Below the pieces are notes generated by a model, which had not been told where the DNA came from, did not search any database, and was given only the letters and a program-made list of their open reading frames with translations. A DNA stretch of 34,147 nt from a virus. The translations under genes and the position numbers were made by a program. The stretch is from the IMG/VR virus record IMGVR_UViG_3300017764_000033; one strand, given 5' to 3'. Positions within the stretch are counted from its first letter, which is position 1. The number at the start of each line of letters is the position of its first letter. Below are positions 21,313 through 31,494 of this stretch, in pieces.

Positions 21313-22179
21313 TTAACGATTAAGAACGATCTCAGATCCGATACCGAACTGAACACCACGAGTGAAACGCATTACGAAACGTACGTTTTTCGAGCCGTCG
21401 ATGTCAGCCATGTCGATAATTTTCACTTCGTTCATGTCATTCATCAAACCTGTACCGAAGAACAAGTTAGACTTCTGAGCCGCTACGATTTCATCTGCAC
21501 CAAGACCAGGACATACGATCATGTCTTTGCCTTCAAAGTTCAATGGCTTTTCGCCTACTGAATACACGTCATTGTATCCTGCGGTACCTAAGTTACGCAT
21601 GTACAATTTAGCAATCTTTGGAGATACATATAGAACTAAGTCCTCTGCATCATAGATTGTATTCGGGATAGCATCGATTACTGCCGCTAATTCATCATCT
21701 ACGTTAGCCGCTGTCAATACTGCTGTCGATCCGTTGTTAACTACACCTGATCCTGATACAGCGAATAACGCTTGAAGATCAGTCCAAATTGAAGTCTCAG
21801 TGTCTTGAGCTACTTGAGCCGCGATTTCAGCGATCAAGAAGTCTTGGAAATTCTTTGGCATAACGTCATGTGCGCTATAGCCCATTGAGATTGCATCCCA
21901 ATCTGATTGAAAGTCATCCTTACAAAGCTGTAAGTTCACTTGCTTCTCAGTCGGTTGCATGATACGCTCAGTAAGTACAACTGCACCTGCATCGCTAAAA
22001 TCACATGATGCGTTCTGAACTAATCCGCTTACTGCACCTTTACGGATAACTTGCTTGTACTTGACATTTGGCATGATGCTGATAGCCTGTGAGTCAAGAG
22101 TTTTTGCACTTAAAAGAGCCGCCGCGATGTATTTTGCCGCTGCTTCTCCTGCATATGTGCTTGTAATTGATAAAGACAT
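21313..22179 (-). CDS. Major capsid protein (HK97-fold type)
   Basis: 288 aa. It follows the scaffold-like gene and has no delta domain. The composition and C-terminal block (...NVRFVMRFTRGVQFGIGSEIVLN) are typical of HK97-like coat proteins. Confidence 0.75.
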   Translation of the reverse strand: MSLSITSTYAGEAAAKYIAAALLSAKTLDSQAISIMPNVKYKQVIRKGAVSGLVQNASCDFSDAGAVVLTERIMQPTEKQVNLQLCKDDFQSDWDAISMGYSAHDVMPKNFQDFLIAEIAAQVAQDTETSIWTDLQALFAVSGSGVVNNGSTAVLTAANVDDELAAVIDAIPNTIYDAEDLVLYVSPKIAKLYMRNLGTAGYNDVYSVGEKPLNFEGKDMIVCPGLGADEIVAAQKSNLFFGTGLMNDMNEVKIIDMADIDGSKNVRFVMRFTRGVQFGIGSEIVLNR

Positions 22180-22207
22180 AATTTTTAATCTTTAGGTTCT
22201 ACTTAAT

Positions 22208-23041
22208 TTACTTATATAAACGAGACAATACTGAGTCTTTTGTATTGGTGCGATGCTTACTCTTGTGTTTGTACAAGCGTACATCCTCACCTTTACCTTC
22301 AACGCTATGGCTCAATGGCTCTGCACTCGGTTCAGTAGCAAGTCTTTCTTTCAACTCATCAATCTCAGCACTAAGCTCAGTTTTGATTGTCTCTAATTCT
22401 GCTCTTTCCGTTGCCCATTGCTCCTTAGCTGAGGCAAATTCTACCTTCAACTTTTCTTGCTCTGCGAAATACGTTTCTTTTGACGTGGTAGTGCTTTCAA
22501 CGACCTTCTTAGGGTCTTTAGCTTCTGCTGTAGCTTCTGCTACTTCTGATACTACTTCGTCGCTCATTTCCACTTCCTTTTCCTTCTCAGCATCGATAGG
22601 TACACAATTCGGTACTTCTTTGCCATCTACCATTTTCGTTCCGTATTGCTCGTAGCCTTCCCAACATGGTTCTTTGAGATCTACATCACCTTCGCAATCC
22701 TTACATTCTTCTGAGGCTTCTACTTCTTCTGCCTCTTCTTCTGCTTTAGGCTCTTCGCCTTCTGCTTCCTCTTCTTCTACAGGGGCATCATCGTATGCTG
22801 AGATGACACCTTGATCATCTACCATCATTACTTTCCCATCCTCCATAGCGTAATGACCTTCGGGTGCAGGTATCTTCTCTCCATCCTCATTCATAATGAA
22901 TACAGCCTCTCCTGCTTCGAATGATTCTGCCTCAAAGACTACATCGCCTTCAGCCATTTTGCGTTCTTCCAAATTGATCTTTACTTCCTCAGCCATGCCA
23001 AGTGCAATCAAGATCTTATTCAATGTCGTTTGTGAATCCAT
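22208..23041 (-). CDS. Scaffolding protein candidate (highly acidic, coiled-coil C-terminus)
   Basis: 277 aa with Glu-rich runs (EEEAEGEEPKAEEEAEEVEASEE) and a helical C-terminus. It lies immediately upstream of the capsid gene. It contains a Cys mini-motif, EPCWEGYEQYGTKMVDGKEVPNCVP. Confidence 0.55.
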   Translation of the reverse strand: MDSQTTLNKILIALGMAEEVKINLEERKMAEGDVVFEAESFEAGEAVFIMNEDGEKIPAPEGHYAMEDGKVMMVDDQGVISAYDDAPVEEEEAEGEEPKAEEEAEEVEASEECKDCEGDVDLKEPCWEGYEQYGTKMVDGKEVPNCVPIDAEKEKEVEMSDEVVSEVAEATAEAKDPKKVVESTTTSKETYFAEQEKLKVEFASAKEQWATERAELETIKTELSAEIDELKERLATEPSAEPLSHSVEGKGEDVRLYKHKSKHRTNTKDSVLSRLYK

Positions 23042-23069
23042 ACCTATATAACTCTTTTACTTTGTTTTG

Positions 23070-23525
23070 TTACAAATTGCCTAAGCTCTTGACCTGTTTA
23101 AGGGCTTTTGCTAAAATATCAGCATTGGGGAAATTGAACTCTCTATCCTCCCAATCATTCAAGACCTCATCTAAATCAGCGATGTAATCTACCTCATCAC
23201 TCTCAATGTCTAACTCAGCTAATGATTTCTCAGCTTTTGCAAGTAGTTTTTGTGCGTTAGCACCCATCTTGTCAAAGCCCTTATCCCATGCAACCATATC
23301 TTCTCCTAATGCAACAAACTCCTTACGAGCCGCATTGAGCTTCCGCATGATTGCTACTCCATCTTTATCTGCTTTGATCAAGGCCTTTGTAGCAGACTTG
23401 ATGTCAGTTTTCAAACCAAGCTCTACCTTGACCAATCGCTCTGATTGCTCTCGTTTCTTGTTTTCCTGCTTTGCTTCCGTGTCAGCCATGAATTTCCACA
23501 CGGCTTTTGTTTTGTCATTTTTCAT
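23070..23525 (-). CDS. Hypothetical alpha-helical protein (head module)
   Basis: 151-aa ORF that overlaps the upstream gene by 11 nt. Confidence 0.6.
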   Translation of the reverse strand: MKNDKTKAVWKFMADTEAKQENKKREQSERLVKVELGLKTDIKSATKALIKADKDGVAIMRKLNAARKEFVALGEDMVAWDKGFDKMGANAQKLLAKAEKSLAELDIESDEVDYIADLDEVLNDWEDREFNFPNADILAKALKQVKSLGNL

Positions 23526-24480
23526 CTAATTGTCCTAATTCTCTAAGTTTATTTCTACTCCATCCCAATGCGCTCTTGCCACCCCATAACAGGTAACTTA
23601 TAGTACCACAGCTCGATGTATCTCCTGCATCGTAGTATACCTCAGCTCTACTAAGGTACGAATACATTCTCTTTATCGTGCTTACTGATATGCTCTTGCC
23701 CTGTGCTAACTGCTGTGCGCGTACCTTGCCTGTTTGCGTAGCACACTTATTGCCGTTCTTCTCATTAAGGCTAATACCTCGTTTAGCGTTATTGCGTACA
23801 CTCTTAGGGTAGTCAGTGTACATCTCAATCTTATTGGATGAGACACCTTTCTTAGATACAATGCTCTTTAGCATCTCTAATTGCTCTGAAGCATCTGCCT
23901 CATTGATCTCTTTGATCATTGTCTCAAGATCCATTTGAGCTGATTGCTCTACTGCTTGATCCTTATGCATCTTATCTACGAAGTATCCCTCTATAGAAAA
24001 TCCTGCCACTTCGCCCGATTTCACATACTGATTCCACACGTCATCGTTATCGATCTTCATAGCTATCATCCATGTACCTAAAGGCACGTCATATCCATAT
24101 AGCTTACTCTTATCTTGATCCTTGTCCTCAGTGATCCATGATTCTACTACGGTTGTTCCCTGTAATTGCACTTCATGCTCAAGCGTTGCGCTTTGTTGCT
24201 TACCTCTCTTGTGGTACAGCTCGTTTGCTTGACGTATGGTTTTGCGACTGAAGTACACATAGAACTCACCTGTCTCATTTACCCTGTATATGGGCTTATT
24301 TGGTATGAGCGCAGGGCCTAATAACAGGCGCTTCTCCTCATTTATAGTCGCAAACTTGTACTCCGTTTGAGATTTGAGCGCAATAAAGTTCTCCTCTATA
24401 GCAGGTTGACCGACAATGCTTATTGCATCAATGCCGTTAGCCATACTCGCCTCGTCTAATACTAATTCAATTATTCTCAT
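23515..24480 (-). CDS. XkdF-like prohead protease-family protein with an extra C-terminal domain
   Basis: 321 aa. N-terminus: GIDAISIVGQPAIEENFIA...EEKRLLLGPALIPNKPIYR...FYVYFSRKTIRQ...HEVQ...ESWI...GFSIEGYF, as in the PBSX XkdF family (recall). The C-terminus has ...LLWGGKSALGWSRNK. Confidence 0.55.
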   Translation of the reverse strand: MRIIELVLDEASMANGIDAISIVGQPAIEENFIALKSQTEYKFATINEEKRLLLGPALIPNKPIYRVNETGEFYVYFSRKTIRQANELYHKRGKQQSATLEHEVQLQGTTVVESWITEDKDQDKSKLYGYDVPLGTWMIAMKIDNDDVWNQYVKSGEVAGFSIEGYFVDKMHKDQAVEQSAQMDLETMIKEINEADASEQLEMLKSIVSKKGVSSNKIEMYTDYPKSVRNNAKRGISLNEKNGNKCATQTGKVRAQQLAQGKSISVSTIKRMYSYLSRAEVYYDAGDTSSCGTISYLLWGGKSALGWSRNKLRELGQLDEK

Positions 24481-24500
24481 ATCTATATAACGCCTTATTC

Positions 24501-26288
24501 TTAAATCGTTGCATTTTCCTCTACCCTGCGATCCAACGCTTGTTGACTTGTAACTTCAGTACCTACAACATACGCCTTAGATGGTTTACTCGTGTTCTTC
24601 TCAACTGCACTTAGTAATTGTGATTGAGCATCCACTCCACCTCCTGCTATATTCACGCTTGGCCCAACCATAGCAGGTGCTCCACCCGATCCACCCGAAG
24701 GAGCTGAATCCATACCTGTTTCATCTACAGCTAATATGCTTCTTACACTTGCAAAACCTGCCGCTAACGTACCTGCTAAGGCTACTATATTAAAGGGGAA
24801 CGGATTCTTAAGTGCCGCTGTTGCACCTACATAGGTATTGATCACTGCCTCTGCTACACCAAGTGCCTTACCTGCCTTAGTATTCTCACCAAGTGCAGTT
24901 TTTAAGGATGCCATAGTCTCTAATGCAAGACCTAATTTCTGCTGTTGCACCTGCCTTGCAAGTGTCAGCTCTGCCTGTGATGCTGTCTTGTTTACTATAT
25001 CAATCTGACCTTGCATCTCAGTGTATGCCATGCTGTTCTCAGCATACATCTTCTGCTTGTCGCGTAGTAGCTGTACCTCAGCCATCCTTTCACTATCAAT
25101 GCGATCCAATGACATTTGCAGTGCTAATAACTCACTACCACTACGTTCCGCTATAGCCTCTTGCTCAATCCGTGATACGTCAAGAGCTGTTTGTGCTTTT
25201 GCCGATTTGATGTCAGATATCTCACGCTCAAGTGCTACCTCAGCCATCAATTGCTCAGTCTTGAAACCTGTAGAAGCCGCTGTTACTGCCGCCAACTCAT
25301 TCTCTGCCATGATCTGAGCCTCAAGAAGCTCTATGTTTTGTGGCTGTAGTGCAAGGTTTGCATTTGCCGCCTTCAGTCTCATACCTGCTAAACGCAATTG
25401 CTCTGCCTCCATTTCTTCGAGCTTTGCAAATAGCTCCTCATTAGCCTTCTGCCGATCTTCTATGCTTAGACGTTCATCATCTCTTGTTTGCCTTAGCAAC
25501 TCAACTTGATTATTGTACGATTCTAACACACCTTGTGCCCTTGCTTCAGCTAAACGTGCATCCTTCTCAAGCTGAGTCATTCCTTTGGCTGTTTCAAGAG
25601 CCGATTTTACACTAATCTTGCCTACTTCCTCTACGATTTGTGTACCTATAGCACCTACTTCTCCTATGGCTTCTCCAAAATCTTCTACGATACCTGCTCC
25701 TGCTTTTATAGCATCAGATCCTATATCGACCATCTTTTCTCCAACCTCTGCTAATTGAGTCTTGAGATCCTCTATTGTCTCGGGATCTTTTCCTCCAAAG
25801 AACGATTGCTCCCAAGCTAATTGTGCCCCTAACAAAGCTCCTTTTATGGCTTGGAACGCAAGTAACATTGGCGTAATGGAAATCGTCATCACGTTTTTTA
25901 TCACTCTACCCATTGCATCGAAGTTCTCAGTGCTCTGCGATACATTCTCGTATACACTTTTGATAGCATCTGACACTTCAGCAAATATGACTGATAGGAA
26001 ATTGAACGCTGTGCTAAACGCATCTACAACGGTCTGATTCTGCATCAACAAGTCCTTCAAAAAGGTCAATCCTTGTAGCAAAATACCTATTCCTGCGGCC
26101 TTTATGGCTAACCCAATACCCGATATGCCCTTACCGAGCTTCTTAATACCGCTTACTGACTCTTCACCGCTTTTACCTACTTTGCCTAACTGATCCTTTA
26201 TCTCTTTAATCTGAGCATTTGTATCCTCTAAGTCTTTCTGAGCTTTTTTCGTCTCAGTGATCAGCTCAACTATTAGCTTTTCTGACAT
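24501..26288 (-). CDS. Tape-measure-like protein
   Basis: 595 aa. N-terminal coiled coil, hydrophobic Gly/Ala-rich segments (GISGIGLAIKAAGIGILLQG; ITPMLLAFQAIKGALLGAQLAW), a long central coiled coil, and a Gly-rich C-terminus. Confidence 0.55.
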   Translation of the reverse strand: MSEKLIVELITETKKAQKDLEDTNAQIKEIKDQLGKVGKSGEESVSGIKKLGKGISGIGLAIKAAGIGILLQGLTFLKDLLMQNQTVVDAFSTAFNFLSVIFAEVSDAIKSVYENVSQSTENFDAMGRVIKNVMTISITPMLLAFQAIKGALLGAQLAWEQSFFGGKDPETIEDLKTQLAEVGEKMVDIGSDAIKAGAGIVEDFGEAIGEVGAIGTQIVEEVGKISVKSALETAKGMTQLEKDARLAEARAQGVLESYNNQVELLRQTRDDERLSIEDRQKANEELFAKLEEMEAEQLRLAGMRLKAANANLALQPQNIELLEAQIMAENELAAVTAASTGFKTEQLMAEVALEREISDIKSAKAQTALDVSRIEQEAIAERSGSELLALQMSLDRIDSERMAEVQLLRDKQKMYAENSMAYTEMQGQIDIVNKTASQAELTLARQVQQQKLGLALETMASLKTALGENTKAGKALGVAEAVINTYVGATAALKNPFPFNIVALAGTLAAGFASVRSILAVDETGMDSAPSGGSGGAPAMVGPSVNIAGGGVDAQSQLLSAVEKNTSKPSKAYVVGTEVTSQQALDRRVEENATI

Positions 26289-26424
26289 TTCTCATCCTTT
26301 TTAATGTTGTCCAAAATCCTTTCCATGTCGTTACTCGCTCGTGCTTTCCTTTAGCAATTTCGACGTTCTCACTTACTCCGTGCCACTCATCCGAGTGCAG
26401 TAATTCAATCACTTTTCCTATCAT
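26266..26424 (-). CDS. Unlisted 52-aa ORF between the 724-aa gene and the tape-measure-like gene
   Basis: My translation is MIGKVIELLHSDEWHGVSENVEIAKGKHERVTTWKGFWTTLKRMRNVRKANS*. ATGA overlap with the upstream stop (26421..26424) and a 23-nt overlap with the downstream start. It fills a 132-nt gap. Confidence 0.4.
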   Translation of the reverse strand: MIGKVIELLHSDEWHGVSENVEIAKGKHERVTTWKGFWTTLKRMRNVRKANS

Positions 26425-28595
26425 GGTGTTGCTGTATTATCTGATCCTACATCTAACACAGGTGACACGTTCGGTAGGTCGGTACTCGTACTACCACTGA
26501 TCGGTGTTACATTTCCTAACGTGTTACTCTGCGATCCTTGACCTATATAGCTTGACGTGGCCGCTACAGGTGTTACATTCCATGAATTCCCTGTACTTAC
26601 TGCCGACCATACCGTAACATCGGGGTAACTGAACAAAGACAACTTAGCTACGTTGGTCGTTAGATCATACGTCAGCTTCTCTATCTTGAAATACCTTCCA
26701 TGAAACAGGATTGTCTGATTCATCTTTAAATCAATCCACTCACCTACAGGTAAAGTGGCCTTTATCTCAATAACCCTGCTTTGAGGGCTGTATATTCTTG
26801 ACAAGTAGCTTAACCAAAACGTTTGTAGTAGCGTATTCGATGGCGAATTGCCCTGTAAGCTACTCTCTAAACTGAATGCTACGCTCTTGCTTGATCCATT
26901 GGTAGGATGTTGGCTGTATGGAGCAATCACAGGGAACTTAGTCTGAGAAGTTGACTCAAACTTCCATAAATCCGATGTGGTTTTCTCTCCTACATAATAG
27001 AACAACAAGAAGTCTGCTTTTATAGGCGTGTTCTCGCTATCAATCATTTGCACAAGCTGTATCGATGAAGGGCCTGTAACTACACCACTTGAATTCTGCT
27101 TGTTTAGTATGGCAGGTGGCACTATCGTAAACGGACTTTCTACTTTAAGCTCCCCTGTTCCGAAGTCCACCGCCAACTCACTAAATACACTACCAAAATC
27201 TCTATCTGCGTTGTTCCTGTATGCTACATTCACGAAATCTTCTGAAGCCTTGTGGCTATACGAGACACTGCTTGGCACTTTTTGCTTCTTATGCACGATG
27301 CTTCCAATGTCCACATACTCAGTGTAATCCACTATGCTTCCACTCGCTAACCATGTCTGATATGGCTCTATATCTATTCGTGTATCATCGTATCGTACAA
27401 AGACCAGGTTAAACGTCTTAGCCACTTGACTCAAAAAGTCTACCACCTTCATCTGAGGTAGCAATTCACTCATGTTTATACTGATATTATTCGTAGTGCT
27501 TGGTGCTGAAGAACACTCAAACTCCATACCTGTAAGAGTCATACTCGAACTCGATGCTATGAACTTTATTTGTATGTTGTCTCCTGCATTAAGCGCATAC
27601 GTCCTCACGAAATTCGTATATCCTGCCGCAGAAGGCGCATAAAACTCTTGGTAATCTTGTGTCCCGTTTTTGAACACCCTTAGCTTAAGCGAAGAGTTAT
27701 TCGTAAACGCTCCTATCGTAAACCTTAAGTTAAACGTATACGATCCACTGACAGGTGCAGTATACCTACCATCGAACTGATTAAAGCTATTTGAATCATC
27801 ACTCGTTTCAGTCAATGTACCTAAAACCGTATCATAGGTAAATGCAATCAATTGACTCTTAGTAGCGAAAAACGTAGATGCCGTTGTCGTGTCATTCAAC
27901 GTACCTGCATAGGCACTTGGTGCTACATACAGGTCATCAAAATATGTATTCGTATAAAAAGTACCTTGACTCGTGTATCCGTAGTTCTCAAAGCACCTGT
28001 TCACTAACTCCTTGAGCAATATAGATGGCCTTAGATGCTCTATCTCTACTCCTGTGCCGTTGTCTATCCTAATGTTGTCTGCGTGGCTGTAGCCGTAGCT
28101 AAATGGCTTTCCCCATGCTATCACAGGGTACAAGATTTTACCGCTAAACAAATTACCCGACCAACTATTGTCTATGTTCGTTACGTTTCTCGTGTGATTC
28201 AAGTAGTTCATGTTCAGATCCTGCAAAGTATCTATACCCATTGCTGAGGTTACCTTCTTCACATCACCATAGAACGTAACGCTATAGTTCATAGGCGCAC
28301 CATTCGTGAAAGACACATCAATTACTTCAATTATACCCGTGAACACCTGTAGACTATCAATTTCTATGTGAGCATCCACCTTCTTGTTAGCATCAAAGCC
28401 ATCAATAATGTCGATATTCCACCAATGACTGAGCACCCCGTTGTTACGATCCGAAGCAGGTATCTTAAACGTCTGCGTGTAGTCAGTAGTCATCTTGCTC
28501 ACATCCTTAAAGTCTTTAAGCTGTCTTACAAGATTGAGGCTCTCATCAGCGTACATATCAACTGACTTGCCATCTATGAATAACTGATATCTCAT
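26421..28595 (-). CDS. Large tail/baseplate structural protein with an internal C1q-like segment
   Basis: 724 aa. N-terminus: MRYQLFIDGKSV...TQTFKIPASDRNN. Mid-region: FDGRYTAPVSGSYTFNLRFTI...LKLRVFKNGT..., a C1q/TNF-like signature (recall). Confidence 0.5.
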   Translation of the reverse strand: MRYQLFIDGKSVDMYADESLNLVRQLKDFKDVSKMTTDYTQTFKIPASDRNNGVLSHWWNIDIIDGFDANKKVDAHIEIDSLQVFTGIIEVIDVSFTNGAPMNYSVTFYGDVKKVTSAMGIDTLQDLNMNYLNHTRNVTNIDNSWSGNLFSGKILYPVIAWGKPFSYGYSHADNIRIDNGTGVEIEHLRPSILLKELVNRCFENYGYTSQGTFYTNTYFDDLYVAPSAYAGTLNDTTTASTFFATKSQLIAFTYDTVLGTLTETSDDSNSFNQFDGRYTAPVSGSYTFNLRFTIGAFTNNSSLKLRVFKNGTQDYQEFYAPSAAGYTNFVRTYALNAGDNIQIKFIASSSSMTLTGMEFECSSAPSTTNNISINMSELLPQMKVVDFLSQVAKTFNLVFVRYDDTRIDIEPYQTWLASGSIVDYTEYVDIGSIVHKKQKVPSSVSYSHKASEDFVNVAYRNNADRDFGSVFSELAVDFGTGELKVESPFTIVPPAILNKQNSSGVVTGPSSIQLVQMIDSENTPIKADFLLFYYVGEKTTSDLWKFESTSQTKFPVIAPYSQHPTNGSSKSVAFSLESSLQGNSPSNTLLQTFWLSYLSRIYSPQSRVIEIKATLPVGEWIDLKMNQTILFHGRYFKIEKLTYDLTTNVAKLSLFSYPDVTVWSAVSTGNSWNVTPVAATSSYIGQGSQSNTLGNVTPISGSTSTDLPNVSPVLDVGSDNTATP

Positions 28596-29728
28596 TATTG
28601 GAACTGATTTACGTCACTAAATCCTTGCGTAAAGGTCAAGGTATGCTGTATCAAACGATCATTCAGTGAGGTCTTTTCCTTGAATTGCGTGTTGTCTACT
28701 GCCACCTGTCTCCACTTACCATCGACATTTATGCATATGTAGGTGCTCAATAGCAGATCCTCGTACATAGCATTCTCTGCCTCGTCTAAATAATCGCTGT
28801 TCAAGGTGTACTTCGTTTCTGACTCTGAAGCAGTAACAAACATTTTACGACTCAGATCTATATCATAGCTGTCCGTAAACGCTGTACGCTTATAGTTCAC
28901 CCTGTTGTACGACACGTTTCGTGTTTTCTTTTTACTCATGAATAACGTCTCGAATACTCCAAATCGATTCAAGTACATCACAGGTACTACATAAAACTTG
29001 CTCTCACATACCATGTTTAGCGTTACGTCATCAGCCGCGTCAGTCGTTGTCCTGTATCTCAGTGTTGATCCATTACCACCTAACTCATCTATGAAGATTG
29101 CCATGATGTCTACATATTGCACTCTCGTTGCGCTGTTCGTTGTACTTGCTGTCAATGTCTCCGTGTAATCGTTACCCAACTCGTCAGTAATCGTTACGCT
29201 CGGTGCTCCTTGTCTGATCACAGGCACATAAAATGGATGCTCTAAATAAGCATCGGTATGATTTGGGCGCATAGCTACACGTCCTCCCGATACAAATCCC
29301 GCTGATCCGTTCATCTCTTCTCTTGAGGCAGGGTTGTATCCTCTCGTTACATAAAACTCATTGCCATTTGTAGTCGTAGTAGACGAGCCTACACCTAATA
29401 CCTCTACATATACCCAACATGCACCTGTACCTATGTCCTCTATCGTTTGAGTCATAGACTTAGGGGTGATCTCAGTTAGCTCAGATTGTATCAATCCGCT
29501 GATATTAAACACCACCCTGTTGCTAATAGCCGCATTTGGTGATTTCTCTAAGGTGTAATTCGCTGTACTTGGCTTGTTGGACGTTCTATCTCCATGCCAT
29601 ATGTACACCTTGCACTGATACTTAAAATTAGTTTGGTTCGATGCAGTGTCCGTAGCCACTATCAATATAGGGCTATTGCACAATTGCAATGAATTTGCTG
29701 TCGGCTGTTCGTTAATTGTCAAGGCCAT
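28595..29728 (-). CDS. Tail/baseplate structural protein
   Basis: 377 aa, beta-rich. ATG/stop overlap with the next gene. Its function is uncertain. Confidence 0.45.
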   Translation of the reverse strand: MALTINEQPTANSLQLCNSPILIVATDTASNQTNFKYQCKVYIWHGDRTSNKPSTANYTLEKSPNAAISNRVVFNISGLIQSELTEITPKSMTQTIEDIGTGACWVYVEVLGVGSSTTTTNGNEFYVTRGYNPASREEMNGSAGFVSGGRVAMRPNHTDAYLEHPFYVPVIRQGAPSVTITDELGNDYTETLTASTTNSATRVQYVDIMAIFIDELGGNGSTLRYRTTTDAADDVTLNMVCESKFYVVPVMYLNRFGVFETLFMSKKKTRNVSYNRVNYKRTAFTDSYDIDLSRKMFVTASESETKYTLNSDYLDEAENAMYEDLLLSTYICINVDGKWRQVAVDNTQFKEKTSLNDRLIQHTLTFTQGFSDVNQFQ

Positions 29729-30266
29729 CCGCTACGTCTTTTTTAAATGCTTCATATATGTTATCAAGCTCCTTATCGTAGCTCTCCTCTATTGCTTTAT
29801 CCATGAATGGGTACGCAGGTACTCCGTAATACGCCATACTCCTGTTTACCATGAAGTTCATACTGCTCATTGATCCTTTAGTCTTAGCTATGAACTTACC
29901 TGTAGCCATGTCTCTTGGCTTCAATCGTTTCATCTTAGACCATTTTGTTATTGCCCCAACAGGTGCTCCCTTGCTCTTGCCTTTGCGACCACTTTGCACA
30001 TAGTCCCCATATTTCTCGTAGTACAGCTTCAATCCTAATGTAGGTGTCAGCTCATACCTAATGCTCTTTTGCAGTTTACCACTTGCTACGCTGTTACGCT
30101 TAGACGTTACTTTCTTGGTGCTTGTCGGTGTCCATTTGTTACCCGACTTCTTCCATGTGCTACGATACCCTGTTCTCTTACGAACCACACCAAGGTTTAA
30201 TCGTGCTCTACGGACTATCTCTGATCCTAAGAACCTTACCGCTTTCTCTACATTAGCATAACCCAT
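29712..30266 (-). CDS. HK97 gp10-like head-tail joining (neck) protein
   Basis: 184 aa. ...ASGKLQKSIRYEL...YGDYVQSGRKG...VPAYPFMDKAIEE matches the sGnLr.Si...YA.yvE.G...pa.pFl..A pattern, with a basic insertion. Confidence 0.5.
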   Translation of the reverse strand: MGYANVEKAVRFLGSEIVRRARLNLGVVRKRTGYRSTWKKSGNKWTPTSTKKVTSKRNSVASGKLQKSIRYELTPTLGLKLYYEKYGDYVQSGRKGKSKGAPVGAITKWSKMKRLKPRDMATGKFIAKTKGSMSSMNFMVNRSMAYYGVPAYPFMDKAIEESYDKELDNIYEAFKKDVADGLDN

Positions 30267-30726
30267 CGTTGACTGCCGCGTTTGTCGTTGTTACACTCAT
30301 TTGAATCTGCCATCCTGCAAGGTTGTTCTCACCTTCACTAATAAAGCTCGTGCCGTTGATCGTATCATCTATACGATATAGCTCGGAGTACATATCTCCT
30401 CTACGCAGGTCATCTAATGCCATCTCAATCGTTAGGCTTATGTCATGCAGTATGTCTTGCACATTATCGTTGCCGTAAAATGGCTCACCATCATCGTCCT
30501 CATGCTCTTTGCTGAAGTCAATGATGTCAAACACACTAAGACTAAAGCTGTATGTCGTAGTGTTTGAATCAAAAACAGCACCCTGTGGACTGATATGGGC
30601 TAAAGGATATATGCTTTGTCTCCCAAGATCCACTATGTTCAGATCCCCGTGAGTAATAGTGCTTATTCTCCCTGCCTTATTAAATGCTTTTCTTATCGCA
30701 TCCGTTATACCGTAATATCCTGTCAT
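30253..30726 (-). CDS. Virion neck/tail-completion-like protein
   Basis: 157-aa ORF. Its ATG forms an ATGA overlap with the stop of the -1-frame ORF 30723..30998. Confidence 0.45.
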   Translation of the reverse strand: MTGYYGITDAIRKAFNKAGRISTITHGDLNIVDLGRQSIYPLAHISPQGAVFDSNTTTYSFSLSVFDIIDFSKEHEDDDGEPFYGNDNVQDILHDISLTIEMALDDLRRGDMYSELYRIDDTINGTSFISEGENNLAGWQIQMSVTTTNAAVNDGLC

Positions 30727-30998
30727 CTCTTCTTTATTTGCTGTTCCTGTAACTTACTCTTATCTGCATCGTAGGCTAACCACATTAAACACTTATGAAG
30801 TGGCTCTCTCGTAATGCTATCAATGCCTCTAATGTCATGTTTAGCGAGGCTAACAATACAGCCGTACCAACCCCACTTTGCCGCAAAGTTTGCTCCTGCG
30901 CTGTAGTCATCCCCTTCTCCTCTCGCAAAGACTTCATCATATGTTTCAACAAGTCGTTCCCTAAATCGCAAAAAAAAAGCAACGCTCCTAATACGCAA
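30723..30998 (-). CDS. -1-frame extension ORF, reached by a frameshift (or a homopolymer error) from 30785..31477
   Basis: It has no ATG (the track start is TTG). The frame is entered at the T9 run. Its stop is translationally coupled (ATGA) to the next gene. Confidence 0.5.
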   Translation of the reverse strand: MRIRSVAFFLRFRERLVETYDEVFARGEGDDYSAGANFAAKWGWYGCIVSLAKHDIRGIDSITREPLHKCLMWLAYDADKSKLQEQQIKKR

Positions 30999-31477
30999 TC
31001 CATTGTCATCTCCTCATAATCAAGCGTTTGCTCAAGGCTGTGCTTATAGTCCATGATCTCATATCTATCATTACGCTCTTTGACTATAGGTCTATACAGG
31101 ACTTTCATCAATGACTCGTAATTCTTGTACTCGTACTTCGTGCTGTCAAGATCCACAAACTCTCCAAAGCTCATCTTGTCAAGGTTCGGTACGAATCCGA
31201 GCTTAACACCCTGTAGCGTTGTAGTCATAACCAACTCCTCTTCTCTTGTGTTTATACACTTCTGAAGCATCAAGACCACACGTGATCTACTCTTCATTGT
31301 CATCTTGCGTATCAAGCCTCTACTCATCCCTGTGAATATGTGTATCATTTCATACACCCTATCCTCCTCATTGAGGTCTTCGGGCAAACTCATGAAACGC
31401 TTGTACTGCTTTAACGTGATGTCAGCCAAGCTCGTTGGCACTATCAATGTCTTACTATCCATACTTAAATAACTCAT
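30785..31477 (-). CDS. Frame-0 product of a possible tail-assembly-chaperone-like frameshift pair
   Basis: The track ORF starts with TTG at 31498. In-frame ATGs occur at 31477 (MSYLSMDSK) and 31462. It contains ...SFGEFVDLDS... and the slippery T run. Confidence 0.55.
   Translation of the reverse strand: MSYLSMDSKTLIVPTSLADITLKQYKRFMSLPEDLNEEDRVYEMIHIFTGMSRGLIRKMTMKSRSRVVLMLQKCINTREEELVMTTTLQGVKLGFVPNLDKMSFGEFVDLDSTKYEYKNYESLMKVLYRPIVKERNDRYEIMDYKHSLEQTLDYEEMTMDCVLGALLFFCDLGNDLLKHMMKSLREEKGMTTAQEQTLRQSGVGTAVLLASLNMTLEALIALRESHFISV
30970..30978 (-). promoter_or_regulatory. T9 homopolymer containing the -1 slippery heptamer T_TTT_TTT
   Basis: Frame 0 reads CTT TTT TTT TGC. The -1 frame reads GCT TTT TTT TTG CGA, and it is the only route into ORF 30723..30998. 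Confidence 0.5.
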
Positions 31478-31494
31478 TTCATTAAAATCGTAGC

